Shown in pieces: positions 10,368 to 19,882 of a stretch of DNA of 38,640 nt. How positions within the stretch are numbered: position 1 is the first letter of the stretch; each line of letters opens with the position of its first letter. The DNA comes from a virus. The translations under genes and the position numbers were made by a program. The stretch lies in IMG/VR virus record IMGVR_UViG_3300029245_000387. One strand, written 5' to 3'. The notes beneath the pieces were generated by a model. It saw only the letters and a list, made by a program, of their open reading frames with translations, was not told where the DNA came from and did no database searches.

Positions 10368-10967
10368 TTAATACATTGATGCTTCTACAATTTTAAAAGT
10401 TGCATTTTGCATTGCGTTTAATTTGTCTGATGATACATATGTAAATATATCAAAACTTTGACTTTGTCCTGCTGCTAAGTCATTTGCATAAACATAATCT
10501 TCATTGATTCTTGCTCCTGATTCATCTACTGCTTCTATATGTAAGTTAAAAGATTTTGTTTCTGAAGTTTTGTTTGTTACTTTAACTGTCAACTTTGTAT
10601 CCTTTGTTCCATAACTTCCATTAGTCACTTCAAAATTTCCTAGTTGTGCATCTACATCATTAGCTAAAACTTCTTCTGTACTGCTTCCTGTTGCCTTATC
10701 TAAATTAGCACTAACTTCATTTAAGCTATCTGATAAAGCTTTTTGAGAATTAATTGTAATTACCATTGCTAGTACGCACAAAATAACACCTGCAATAGCT
10801 TGTCCTTTGCTGGCTTTTTTAATTAATGATACTATTGCTAAAATTCCTCCTATTAACCCTAAAACAAATGATACATTATTTACTATTGGAATAAATGAAG
10901 TACACACTCCTATAATTCCTAATACTAAACCAGCAGTTCCAAATCCACTCTTTTTCCTCTCTTCCAT
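10368..10967 (-). CDS. DUF4190 + DUF4352-like membrane protein
   Basis: N-terminal two-TM DUF4190-like segment (SGFGTAGLVLGIIGVC...GILAIVSLIKKASKGQAIAGVILCVLAM), then an extracellular Ig-like DUF4352 region. Confidence 0.65.
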   Translation of the reverse strand: MEERKKSGFGTAGLVLGIIGVCTSFIPIVNNVSFVLGLIGGILAIVSLIKKASKGQAIAGVILCVLAMVITINSQKALSDSLNEVSANLDKATGSSTEEVLANDVDAQLGNFEVTNGSYGTKDTKLTVKVTNKTSETKSFNLHIEAVDESGARINEDYVYANDLAAGQSQSFDIFTYVSSDKLNAMQNATFKIVEASMY

Positions 10968-11059
10968 AATAAATTTCCTCCTTTTATTTTATTATAAATA
11001 AAAGTATATCACTTTTAGTTGGATTTTTAAGTCGAATTTTGTCGAAAAGTATAATTTTT

Positions 11060-11904
11060 TTAATTTTTTTCTGTTTTCATTATATTTCTCATTCTTCTTA
11101 TAATTTCTTCTGGAGATTGTACCTGTTGTTCCTCTTCCTTAAATAGTTCTTTATAATTATCTCTAATTGGTACTATTTTAGGGTTTCTGCTCATACTATC
11201 TGCTCTTATAAGTTTATTAGTAACCGCTTCTTGCAAATTAATTTCACTTTTTAATTCATCAATTATTTTTACAAGATGTATTTGACAATATGTATTTATT
11301 TCTGAGTATCTGCTATTCCAAAACTCATGTGGTTTTATATCAAAGTAATACGCTAGAGATTCTATTGAATATATTAACTCAACTAAATTATGAGCTGTTT
11401 TTATTTTTTCTATTATATCATTTAAGCCTCGTAACCTTGAAATCCTTGTTCTTGAAGTTGTTTCTCTGCTATTTTGCTCATTGCACTTTCTGCTGACTTT
11501 TGAACTAAATCGTTCATATTCATTGTTGATAAAGGATTTGAGGTCATTTCTTTTAATTCTTTCTTGCTCATTTTCTTTTTGAAAAAACCCTCATCATTCA
11601 ATGCCTCTGCAATCTTTTCATATAAATCATTTGCAGTTATTCCTTCTAGTCTACAATCATCCATAAAGTCATATACTTCATTTGATGTCATAAATGTACT
11701 TTTGCCATCCTCATTTTCTGCTAATTTAAATATTATTTTTGACAAAGCTTCTCTATCGCATATTGAATATGCTCTTGTGAAGGCTTCTTCAAAATTTTTA
11801 TTTTTTAGTAGATTAGCTATGTCTACTATTTTTCGTGTTTTTAGTACTAAATTAATTGTTTTATTTTTTGTTTCTATAATCATTTTATTTTCTCTCCTTT
11901 GCAA
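11060..11904 (-). CDS. Tail assembly chaperone gpGT-like fusion via -1 frameshift
   Basis: gpG-like ORF 11422-11904 overlaps a long -1-frame ORF ending at 11060 with no ATG near its beginning. Perfect heptamer T TTT TTC at 11581-11587; the -1 frame has TGA TGA immediately upstream of the heptamer and is open after it. Confidence 0.75.
11422..11904 (-). CDS. Tail assembly chaperone gpG-like (zero-frame product)
   Basis: Small acidic/helical protein located between major tail protein and tape measure protein. Confidence 0.7.
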   Translation of the reverse strand: MQRRENKMIIETKNKTINLVLKTRKIVDIANLLKNKNFEEAFTRAYSICDREALSKIIFKLAENEDGKSTFMTSNEVYDFMDDCRLEGITANDLYEKIAEALNDEGFFKKKMSKKELKEMTSNPLSTMNMNDLVQKSAESAMSKIAEKQLQEQGFQGYEA

Positions 11905-11992
11905 AAGAGAGAAGGCTTATTCTGCCTTCTCATTATTTTCTTCTATTGTGCTAGCAACTTTTCTTGTTCTACTCCTAGCACTTAATGTAGAA

Positions 11993-12448
11993 CTAAGTTG
12001 TGGGAAAGCCTTTACTTTCTTGTATTTCTGAGTTTCTATAAATTGTTAATTTTGATTTTAACATATCATCTATAGCAATTTCACTCATTCCAACATAACA
12101 TGTTCCAGTAAAGTACCATGTTAATGGTTTTCCTGCCTCTGAAGCTGTGCTTTCTGGTAATTGGATTGCCCAATAGCCATTTGTTTTTGCAGTTTGTAGT
12201 GCTTTTAATTCATCATATTGGTCTTCTTTAAATAATATTTCTATTTCTAGATTTTCTGCTTTCTGTCTTCCTTCTGCCATTCTTTCATCCGGAATATCTA
12301 AAGCACTATAAGTCACTCCTTCTGGTGCTTTTAAAAATTCTGGTATACTTTGTACAAAAGCTATTTGTTTTCTTTTAGCCTGTGTTTTTAAGTCTTCTAA
12401 TGTATCTGCATGAAACAATTTTGTCATTGTACTTGTTTTTGGGTCCAT
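11993..12448 (-). CDS. Major tail tube protein
   Basis: Synteny and LFHADTLEDLKTQAKRKQIAFVQSIPEF...WYFTGTCYVGMSEIAIDDMLKSKLTIYRNSEI. Confidence 0.65.
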   Translation of the reverse strand: MDPKTSTMTKLFHADTLEDLKTQAKRKQIAFVQSIPEFLKAPEGVTYSALDIPDERMAEGRQKAENLEIEILFKEDQYDELKALQTAKTNGYWAIQLPESTASEAGKPLTWYFTGTCYVGMSEIAIDDMLKSKLTIYRNSEIQESKGFPTT

Positions 12449-12463
12449 TTAAAATTCCTCCTA

Positions 12464-12850
12464 TTATCTTATAAAATTAAAAGAGGCCGTTATTGAATTA
12501 TAACGAACCTCAAATGTTATTGTTATACCGTATTTTTGCAATATAGGATCATACATTGCAGGGCTGGTATTTGTCCTTATAAAATTATATTCTTGAAGTT
12601 TTGTATCAACTTCATCTGTCATTTGCATGGCTTGACGTTGCTTTTCATTCCAACAAGTTATTGATATTTGGAATGTTGATTGAATTGGAAATGCATTTTC
12701 CGTTTTATTCACAGATTTTAAAGGTGTATGTAATTCTAGGCAAGGAAATTTACTTGTTGTTGTAGGATTTGTTAATATTTGCTTATATTTCAATGATTCT
12801 AGTTTTTCATATACTAAATCACTAAACTCTAATTCACTTAAATCTTTCAT
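12464..12850 (-). CDS. Tail terminator / tail completion protein
   Basis: Size, synteny, ...NAFPIQSTFQISITCWNEKQRQAMQMTDEVDTKLQEYNF. Confidence 0.6.
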   Translation of the reverse strand: MKDLSELEFSDLVYEKLESLKYKQILTNPTTTSKFPCLELHTPLKSVNKTENAFPIQSTFQISITCWNEKQRQAMQMTDEVDTKLQEYNFIRTNTSPAMYDPILQKYGITITFEVRYNSITASFNFIR

Positions 12851-13392
12851 TTACATACCTCCTTTAACATCTCATCTAATTTTTTCTTAACTATTTCTGC
12901 ATTTTCGTTTCTACTTTTAAATTCAGAATCACTTAAAAAGTGATTTGCTTTTGAGCCTACTGCAACATAGAATTGTTCTCCTTTTATGGTTACAATTGGA
13001 TAACTTAATGAACTACCGACTTTATTCACAGGTATATACCATTCTGTATAGCCTGATTCGATAAAGTGTTTTGTTTTTCCTATGTGTTCTTGCTCCGCAT
13101 ATTGTCCGAGTTCCAAAATACTCAAACCATAAATATGATTGTCCATTTTCAGTCATAAATTTAGAATGGTCAGCATATACACGACCGTTTCACTTCTTTA
13201 GTAGACATATCAATCATTTCTGCTAATATACCTTCTTCCTTATGTCCGTTTTTCCAATTTTATAGCATAACCTCTAATGTTTTTTAATACATCTTCAGTT
13301 GCCATCTTTGCAGTTTGTGGTAGTTTTTTAATTATAGTATCTATATTTTTAAAATTATGTTTTACTTTTATATTGCAATTGAAACTTATCAT
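12847..13392 (-). CDS. HK97 gp10-like head-tail/tail completion protein, requiring three +1 shifts at CGG codons
   Basis: ATG at 13392 to TAA at 12847. In-frame CGG at 13248-13246, 13187-13185 and 13108-13106; skipping one C at each gives a continuous 180-aa protein MISFNCNIKVKHN...GYAIKLEK|GHKEEGILAEMIDMSTKEVK|GRVYADHSKFMTENGQSYLWFEYFGT|GQYAEQEHIGKTKHFIESGYTEWYIPVNKV...VAVGSKANHFLSDSEFKSRNENAEIVKKKLDEMLKEVCK. Confidence 0.8.
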
Positions 13393-13715
13393 TGTATTTT
13401 CTCCATTCTATATACATAAGTACTTCCTATTTTATTTTTGTCCAGTACTCTATACTCCGGAATAAACTTCTCTAATTTTGAGATATCTTCAAATGATATT
13501 CCATTGCCTTTTTGCATATCATAATCTCTTGTCGTACGACCTTTATATGTACTATAATCAACTTCACCAGTAGACTTTCTATCTAATTCATTTACATCTT
13601 GTTGCATATTTAGCCAAGCTATACCTTTATATTTCCATACTTTTGAAACTTCGCCGTAGTCTTCTATTTCTTCATATTCTGATATATATACTTTTGTTAA
13701 ATCTCGTAATAGCAT
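13389..13715 (-). CDS. Head-tail connector / head closure protein
   Basis: Synteny between gp6-like and gp10-like genes; small protein. Confidence 0.55.
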   Translation of the reverse strand: MLLRDLTKVYISEYEEIEDYGEVSKVWKYKGIAWLNMQQDVNELDRKSTGEVDYSTYKGRTTRDYDMQKGNGISFEDISKLEKFIPEYRVLDKNKIGSTYVYRMEKIQ

Positions 13716-14002
13716 TACTTGAATATCCTTATTGAAGCTGCATCTATTCTTAGTTTTTTCTCTATATCATTAAATGAACTCGAAATAGAACCTTCATTAC
13801 GACTTAATAGTCCTTCTGAGCCTCTTGCATTGTATTCAGATATAACGGCTTTTTTTATGTATGGAAATAACTTTTTATCAGTTTCTTTACGATTAGAAGC
13901 ATCACAGGCAATAGAAGTCATATCTACTATGATGTCTTGTATTATATTATCTGTATTTTCAATATAATTTGCTCCTAATCTCTTTTTTATTTGTTCTAAC
14001 AT
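13715..14002 (-). CDS. gp6-like head-tail connector
   Basis: 95 aa, helical, immediately downstream of major capsid gene. Confidence 0.6.
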   Translation of the reverse strand: MLEQIKKRLGANYIENTDNIIQDIIVDMTSIACDASNRKETDKKLFPYIKKAVISEYNARGSEGLLSRNEGSISSSFNDIEKKLRIDAASIRIFK

Positions 14003-14018
14003 CTATTGCCCCTTTCTA

Positions 14019-15188
14019 CTATCCTCTTGAAATTATTCTTGCAATTGGAATAGCTTTGTGATTTATATAACTTCTATCTTCTTCAGATGCTTCACCAGAA
14101 TTTACTAAATCCCAGTTAGAACCATCCTCAAGTTCTTTATCTGTTGGTGATAATGAAACTTGTGATTTCTTTTCATATGAGATTCCAAATGGTGCAAATA
14201 CTTTTCTTTGTCTAATATATAAAGTATCTTGTCCACCGTTTTTTGAAGGATTTCTATCCATTTCATAAGGTACCTTTACACCAACATCTTCAAAATCAAT
14301 AGCTCCAATACCTAATATATATGTTATATATTCTGTATGTGCTTCATCTGATACTTCATAATAGTCTTCGATGCTTCCTTCAACTGGATTAGAAACTGCT
14401 GTATATTTTGTTCCAGATTTTGTATAATATGTTTTTCCAGCTACAATAGCTTTATCAGCTGTTTTTACATATGTTGCTTCAACTTCTTTTGTTGGCATAT
14501 CATCATCAATTACTACTAGTTTACCATTCCATGTTCCTAAATCTAATTCTCTTGTTATGCCATCTTTGTCAGTATATTTCAAGTGTTCTAATAAATTTAA
14601 GTTTTCAATATTTGTTGCAACATCTGAATGCATAAATACTAAAGCAAATTTCTTTTTATTTGCTCCACATGCTTTGTTTGTAGCTGTATTTAATGTTGTT
14701 GCTTGAATATTTCCTTTTACTTCTGTTGTGTGTTTATTTACAAATTCTAAGTTTTTAGCACCTGTCATTGAGAATATTCCTTTTAATACTGCTAATATTG
14801 TATCTTGGTCTAGCCCATCCTTATAATCTGCTATTTGTTCTGCAACATTTTGCATAAAGTCTTTTCCACCTGTTACATCATAAGAAAAATCTTTTTCTAC
14901 AAATCCTTTTGCTCTACCAACAACTACAACACCTCTTTCAAATGTTTTTGTTGATGTTGCTGTTATATCTGTTTGTCCATCATAATTTACTGCATCGCCT
15001 TCTAATAGTCCACGCATAGCAATTCTTGCATATGCTGTACCATCTTCGTCAGCAAATACTTTTCTAATATCTTCATTTCCTGTTAAAGCTCTTGATTTCT
15101 TTAACTCGTTTGTTTTTAAATTTGGTATTCTATCTACTGAATACTTAAATGCTTTTTCGTTAAAACTTTTTGAATCAAATTTTCCCAT
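14019..15188 (-). CDS. Major capsid protein
   Basis: Synteny after scaffold-like gene; DGLDQDTILAVLKGIF...LNTATNKACGANKKKFALVFMHSDVATNIENLNLLEHLKYTDKDGITRELDLGTWNGKLVVIDDDMP. Confidence 0.8.
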   Translation of the reverse strand: MGKFDSKSFNEKAFKYSVDRIPNLKTNELKKSRALTGNEDIRKVFADEDGTAYARIAMRGLLEGDAVNYDGQTDITATSTKTFERGVVVVGRAKGFVEKDFSYDVTGGKDFMQNVAEQIADYKDGLDQDTILAVLKGIFSMTGAKNLEFVNKHTTEVKGNIQATTLNTATNKACGANKKKFALVFMHSDVATNIENLNLLEHLKYTDKDGITRELDLGTWNGKLVVIDDDMPTKEVEATYVKTADKAIVAGKTYYTKSGTKYTAVSNPVEGSIEDYYEVSDEAHTEYITYILGIGAIDFEDVGVKVPYEMDRNPSKNGGQDTLYIRQRKVFAPFGISYEKKSQVSLSPTDKELEDGSNWDLVNSGEASEEDRSYINHKAIPIARIISRG

Positions 15189-15206
15189 TTTTTATTACCT
15201 TCCTTT

Positions 15207-15779
15207 TTATAAATTTACTTCTGGGTGTTTATTTAGATATTCAGCCAATTCTGTATAACTCATTTGACTTATATCTTTTTGAGTTACCCTTTCTCCTGTT
15301 TGTGGTGCTGGCTCTTTAGAATACTCACTTATTGCTTTTTCTCTATCTGCTTTTGATACTTTTTCAAATATATCTAATTTTGAATTGATACTTTCAGCAG
15401 TTTCTCTTGAAAAATCAATAGTTTCTATGTATCCTAATGAGATACCTCTTTGACTTGCTTGACGAATTGTTTCGTCTTTTAGTCTATAAGCATTTAGTTC
15501 ATTTTCAGCTTTATTTGCTCTAGATCTTTCTTGCTCTAATTCATAAGACTTTTTTTGGTCTTCATCCATTTTTGCAAGTTTATCCGCTTCTGCTTTTTTA
15601 GCTTCCATTTCTTCTAAAATTGCTTGTCTTTCCTTTTGCTTTTCAGCATTAATCATTTTATTTACTTCATCTCTTGTAAAAGTTTTTTCTTTATTTTCTT
15701 CTACGTTTGATGTTTCAACTTTTTCTACACTCTCGGCAGTAGATTCCATATTTGTTTTTACTTCTTCATTACCTTCCAT
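15207..15779 (-). CDS. Capsid scaffolding protein (DUF4355-like)
   Basis: Charged coiled-coil protein (FTRDEVNKMINAEKQKERQAILEEMEAKKAEADKLAKMDEDQKKSYELEQERSRANKAENEL) directly upstream of the capsid gene. Confidence 0.8.
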   Translation of the reverse strand: MEGNEEVKTNMESTAESVEKVETSNVEENKEKTFTRDEVNKMINAEKQKERQAILEEMEAKKAEADKLAKMDEDQKKSYELEQERSRANKAENELNAYRLKDETIRQASQRGISLGYIETIDFSRETAESINSKLDIFEKVSKADREKAISEYSKEPAPQTGERVTQKDISQMSYTELAEYLNKHPEVNL

Positions 15780-15940
15780 AACGAATTTCCTCCTTAACTT
15801 TTACGGTTGTTATAACCAAACTATTTGACTTTTTACGGAAGTCTAACCATACAAAAATAGACAGTTTAAAGCCATATCTAGGGCATAAAAAATAGACGTA
15901 CGTCTACGTCTAAAATTTATAATTATAAAATGTTAATAAC

Positions 15941-16093
15941 TTATTTATTTCCGTATTCTTCAAAAAAGTTTTCATTAAACTTATATTTAAACATTCCTAT
16001 CAATGGTCTAAATATTGTAATTATAGTAAATATAATCCAATACCAAGTTGGCATTTGTAATTTAATACTTAATATTAAAACTAATAACCACAT
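15941..16093 (-). CDS. Small membrane protein (50 aa)
   Basis: Manual translation MWLLVLILSIKLQMPTWYWIIFTIITIFRPLIGMFKYKFNENFFEEYGNK. Confidence 0.45.
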   Translation of the reverse strand: MWLLVLILSIKLQMPTWYWIIFTIITIFRPLIGMFKYKFNENFFEEYGNK

Positions 16094-16094
16094 A

Positions 16095-16292
16095 TTATTT
16101 TTCCTCCCTTGTTATTCCTTTTATAGCCCAAAATTGAGCCTCTTCCAATTTTGTTAATGCAAGTGATGTTTCTCTACTTGGCTTACACTTTAAATCAATT
16201 TCATCATAGATAATTGAGAAACATTCTCTTATATGTTGTATTCTGTTATTTTTTTCTTCATCTACTGCTAAATATTTTGCTCTATCGTTCAT
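16095..16292 (-). CDS. Acb2/Tad1-like small protein (putative anti-CBASS)
   Basis: MNDRAKYLAVDEEKNNRIQHIRECFSIIYDEIDLKCKPSRETSLALTKLEEAQFWAIKGITREEK: the 'R..SLALTKLEEAxxWAxxxIxR' signature. Confidence 0.6.
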   Translation of the reverse strand: MNDRAKYLAVDEEKNNRIQHIRECFSIIYDEIDLKCKPSRETSLALTKLEEAQFWAIKGITREEK

Positions 16293-16342
16293 TTTTTCAC
16301 CTTCTTTCCATAATAAAAGCACCTACTATTTTAAGTAAGTGC

Positions 16343-16483
16343 TTATTTTTCTAATTCCTTTTTTAAATATTCTTTATATTCCTCAAAACTATTCCATTCA
16401 TCATAATTAAAACCTAATGGTCTTTTGCCATTTTTTTCTATATACTTATGAATTAACTCTTTTACATCATTTGGTATAATCAT
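16343..16483 (-). CDS. Small hypothetical protein (46 aa)
   Basis: MIIPNDVKELIHKYIEKNGKRPLGFNYDEWNSFEEYKEYLKKELEK, overlapping the end of the minor head gene. Confidence 0.45.
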   Translation of the reverse strand: MIIPNDVKELIHKYIEKNGKRPLGFNYDEWNSFEEYKEYLKKELEK

Positions 16484-18048
16484 TATATAACTTCACTACC
16501 TTTTCTTTAATTTCTTTCAACCCAGATATACTATTAATTATATCTAATGTATCTTTGTTATTTGTTAAATATGCTGACATTATATTTGCCGACAACTCTT
16601 TTTCTATCCTTGTTACATCTTCAAGCCAATATTTGCTTGAATGATTATAGCTTCCTGATATTTTACTATTTGTTACAGCAGAAAAAATATCACTTAATGT
16701 CATATTATCTTCATATTTACTACTAGATAACATTTTGATATATTTATCTTCATCTATATCTATTTGCAATCTTGTTCTTCTTAATTCGTTATCTATATTT
16801 AATTTATCAGATATATTATTTCTTATATCTATCATATGTATAATTTCATGACTTAAACTTTCTGATAAATCATAATATTTAAAATTTGGATGTGTTGGAT
16901 TAATATATATTTTATTGTCATCTATATTATATCTCATTGGAACATTTAAATTGTTTTTTATTTCTGCATTATCACTTGTTAAATATTTGTTAAATAATCT
17001 TTTTACATTAGAATTTAATTTTGTATTAATTAAAACTTGTTTAATATCTTTACTTATTTTAGGTATATCAAGATTATACTCTGTTTTTTCTTGTTTTGCA
17101 ATTGGTGGTAAATACATAATATAGCTTCTGCAAAAATGAAATCCATCATCAATTGGAGGACAATTTAAACCAATAACAAGCCCAAAGCAACGACATTTTA
17201 CTATACTATCATTAGTTTTGCTATATCTTTTAAACTCATTCCAATCGTGTATGTAAAATTCTTGATTATCTAAACTTTTGCACATTTGAGTTTGTCTTTC
17301 ATCGCTAATTCCTATAAATCTAACTTTTGCATTATCTCCCGCTACTGATTTTATTCCATCCACTTTTGACAGATTATTTAATCCTATCATTTGTAAGTCC
17401 ATTGCACCTGATATTTTATCATTATTTATATTAAGCTTTTGATTATTTTGTCTATTTATTATCGTTTGAAACTCGCTAGAATCGATTTTTAGGTCTTTTT
17501 GTTGTTGTGTATTTAGAATTACTTGTTTATATATTTGTTGTGCATTATATTGTATTGTTGTTTCAATATATTGCTTCCAAGTTAGTCCGACTATAATTAG
17601 GTTGGTCTAATAATGCAAGAAATAAAGCCATCGGAATTATTGATGGCTTTTTCTTTTTATTTACTTCTTGTTGACCTTGTTCATAGTAATAATTAGCATC
17701 TTCATACATTATTTGTTTTTCTTGTTCTTCTAATTTGTTTTGTTCTTCTATGTATGCACTATAAATAAGTAATTCTAATATTTCACTATTCTTTACTCGC
17801 GTTCTTCCATAAATGTTATTTGCTAATACTTTAAAATAACCTGTTAGTAGTTTTTGTTCTTTCCATTGCTCTATGTAATTATTTATTCTTTTTTTGGTTT
17901 TATTATCTGCTATATTATATATATTTTCTGATGTAAAATTAAATGTATCTAGTAATTCTTGAAGTCTATTTTGCGTTTGTTTTGATGTTTTATTATATAG
18001 TTGTTTTAATTCTCGCATTTTTGCATCGTGATAATTCCATATATTCAT
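16467..18048 (-). CDS. SPP1 gp7 / Mu F-like minor head protein, requiring a +1 shift at CGG 17589-17587
   Basis: ORF 17563-18048 (…ALFLALLDQPNYS) reaches CGG then soon TGA. Skipping C gives GLTWKQYIETTIQYNAQQIYKQVILNTQQQKDLKIDS..., continuous with ORF 16467-17402, which contains VAGDNAKVRFIGISDERQTQMCKSLD...CPPIDDGFHFCRS. Total 526 aa. Confidence 0.85.
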
Positions 18049-18206
18049 ATTTCTATACCTTCCATATTAAACAAATAAAAATTCCAAGCATGATATATAT
18101 AAACCTTGATATATTTATCCCTGTAATTTCTTGTATAAATCCTTCCATTATTCCTGCCATAAAAGATAATAATGATATGCATGCAATTTTTATTAATAAC
18201 ATATTT

Positions 18207-19853
18207 TTACTCCTTTTTTATCTGTTTATTAACTGCTTTTTCTTGTTCTTTCTTATTATCTGCTGTTAATTTTTGTGCTTTTTGTGTTTCTGTTAAGTCT
18301 GTTGCTTTGTTGTCCTGTTTATCTTCTTTATCGTTTTGTTCTACTTCTGCTTGTCCCATTATTTGCATTTGTTCTAGATTTTTCTGAATATTTTCTTCGT
18401 TTTGTAAATCCATTTTTGCTAATTCACTTGTTGCATCTAAATCAAGATTTAATAAATTTATAACCGTTTCATCTGGTAATAAACCTCTTAATTTCAATGC
18501 ATTTGTTATGTCTGTCGCTTTATCAGAAGGTAAATTTCTATTTAGTTTTATCTCAATATCTCTAAAATCATAAGTTTTGCCCTTTTCTTTATTGAATTTT
18601 TCTAATATTATTCTCCATCTTCTTGTTAATCCTTCAAGAAAATCGCCTTCGAATGTTGCTATATACTGTTGTAAGCTAAAAAATTTCTTTTCAAGTGCTG
18701 AATTATTATCAGCTGATGTAAATCCAAGGTCTGTCATATTAGGGCAGAATGAGCATAAACAAATAATATCCATTAATGTTTTTTTATGGTTCTGTAATGC
18801 TGTATCATTTACATTCTTTTCAACCCAAGCTATGTCGCTATTTACATCTTTGTTTCCGTCTAAATATCTAACTCTGCTTGTTAATACATATTCATCTTCT
18901 TTTTGTCTTGCTGGATTTATGATATCTTCGCCTTTTTCATTTTGGATAATCATTGGATTTTCTGGTTGATATCCTCTAACTTTTAATATTGCCTCATCAT
19001 TATACTTAAATACATTTCTTGAATTTTGAATACATCTTTCATATGCTTTTATTAAACTTATTACAGGTTCAAATATTGCCATTCCATCACAATTTTCTAT
19101 TGCCGTTGCTGGTATATCATCATCCCACATTCTTGGTTTCTTTTCTTTTTTGTTTTCTTTGAATAATGATTCGTCTTTAAACTGTTGTTCATATGCTGAT
19201 GTACCAAATATTTTCCTTTTTTCAGGCGTGTCATAATAATATCTTTTTCCGTCTACTGTTGTTAACTCTATCATTTGTTGGTATTCACCATTTGCTATAT
19301 ATGTACGAATTATTCTATATATACCTATTAATTTTTTAGGTAATGAATAATCCCATATGGCCACTGTTTCTAATGCATCACTTCTTGTTATTGTTATTTC
19401 TCCTGTCTTTTCATCTTTATAATATATTTCATAACAAGCTCTTTTTACTAAATAATCTAAAACCATATGTAAAAAATGTGAACCATCATTATTATAATCA
19501 ACTATATGTTTTATTAATTCTTCTATTTCTTTTATTTCTTGTTCATCGTTAGTTTCATGATTAAATAGTTCTTTGATTATTTTGTCTTTATCTTTGTTAA
19601 ATGCTTTTACCTTATATGTCGGTGCTTTTCCTCCAAAATAACCAGCAGACATGATTGATATATATCTTTCTAATGGTACTTTTATGTCCTCATCATCTAG
19701 ACTTGCTAGTTCTTCATCTGTTAGTTTTCTTCTGAACTTCTCATATAACTTTTTTCTTATATCTAATTCTTCTTGTGCTTTAAAATATATATCTGTTATA
19801 CTTCTTTCTTCTGCTAATTTTTCTTTACTATATCTTAACATTGTTTCCTCCAA
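18207..19853 (-). CDS. Portal protein (SPP1 gp6-like)
   Basis: Size, position between terminase and minor head gene; ...IVDYNNDGSHFLHMVLDYLVKRACYEIYYKD...DGMAIFEPVISLIKAYERCIQNSRNVFKYNDEAILKVRGY. Confidence 0.9.
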   Translation of the reverse strand: MEETMLRYSKEKLAEERSITDIYFKAQEELDIRKKLYEKFRRKLTDEELASLDDEDIKVPLERYISIMSAGYFGGKAPTYKVKAFNKDKDKIIKELFNHETNDEQEIKEIEELIKHIVDYNNDGSHFLHMVLDYLVKRACYEIYYKDEKTGEITITRSDALETVAIWDYSLPKKLIGIYRIIRTYIANGEYQQMIELTTVDGKRYYYDTPEKRKIFGTSAYEQQFKDESLFKENKKEKKPRMWDDDIPATAIENCDGMAIFEPVISLIKAYERCIQNSRNVFKYNDEAILKVRGYQPENPMIIQNEKGEDIINPARQKEDEYVLTSRVRYLDGNKDVNSDIAWVEKNVNDTALQNHKKTLMDIICLCSFCPNMTDLGFTSADNNSALEKKFFSLQQYIATFEGDFLEGLTRRWRIILEKFNKEKGKTYDFRDIEIKLNRNLPSDKATDITNALKLRGLLPDETVINLLNLDLDATSELAKMDLQNEENIQKNLEQMQIMGQAEVEQNDKEDKQDNKATDLTETQKAQKLTADNKKEQEKAVNKQIKKE

Positions 19854-19882
19854 TCAAAAAAACACCTACTTTTTAGTAGATG

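Noticed and set aside
11422-11460. Frameshift near the gpG stop codon instead of at TTTTTTC
   Set aside because: I found no X XXY YYZ heptamer near the stop; TTTTTTC is perfect and lies right after the last -1-frame stops. Not fully excluded.
13012-13020. A fourth recoding site near GTC GGT AGT in the gp10-like gene
   Set aside because: Here CGG spans a codon boundary (GTC GGT) and the frame is continuous.
17563-18048. Treating 17563-18048 and 16467-17402 as two independent genes
   Set aside because: The second frame is open right back to the GGA overlapping CGG, has no start codon or RBS at the junction, and the joined sequence reads as one minor head protein.
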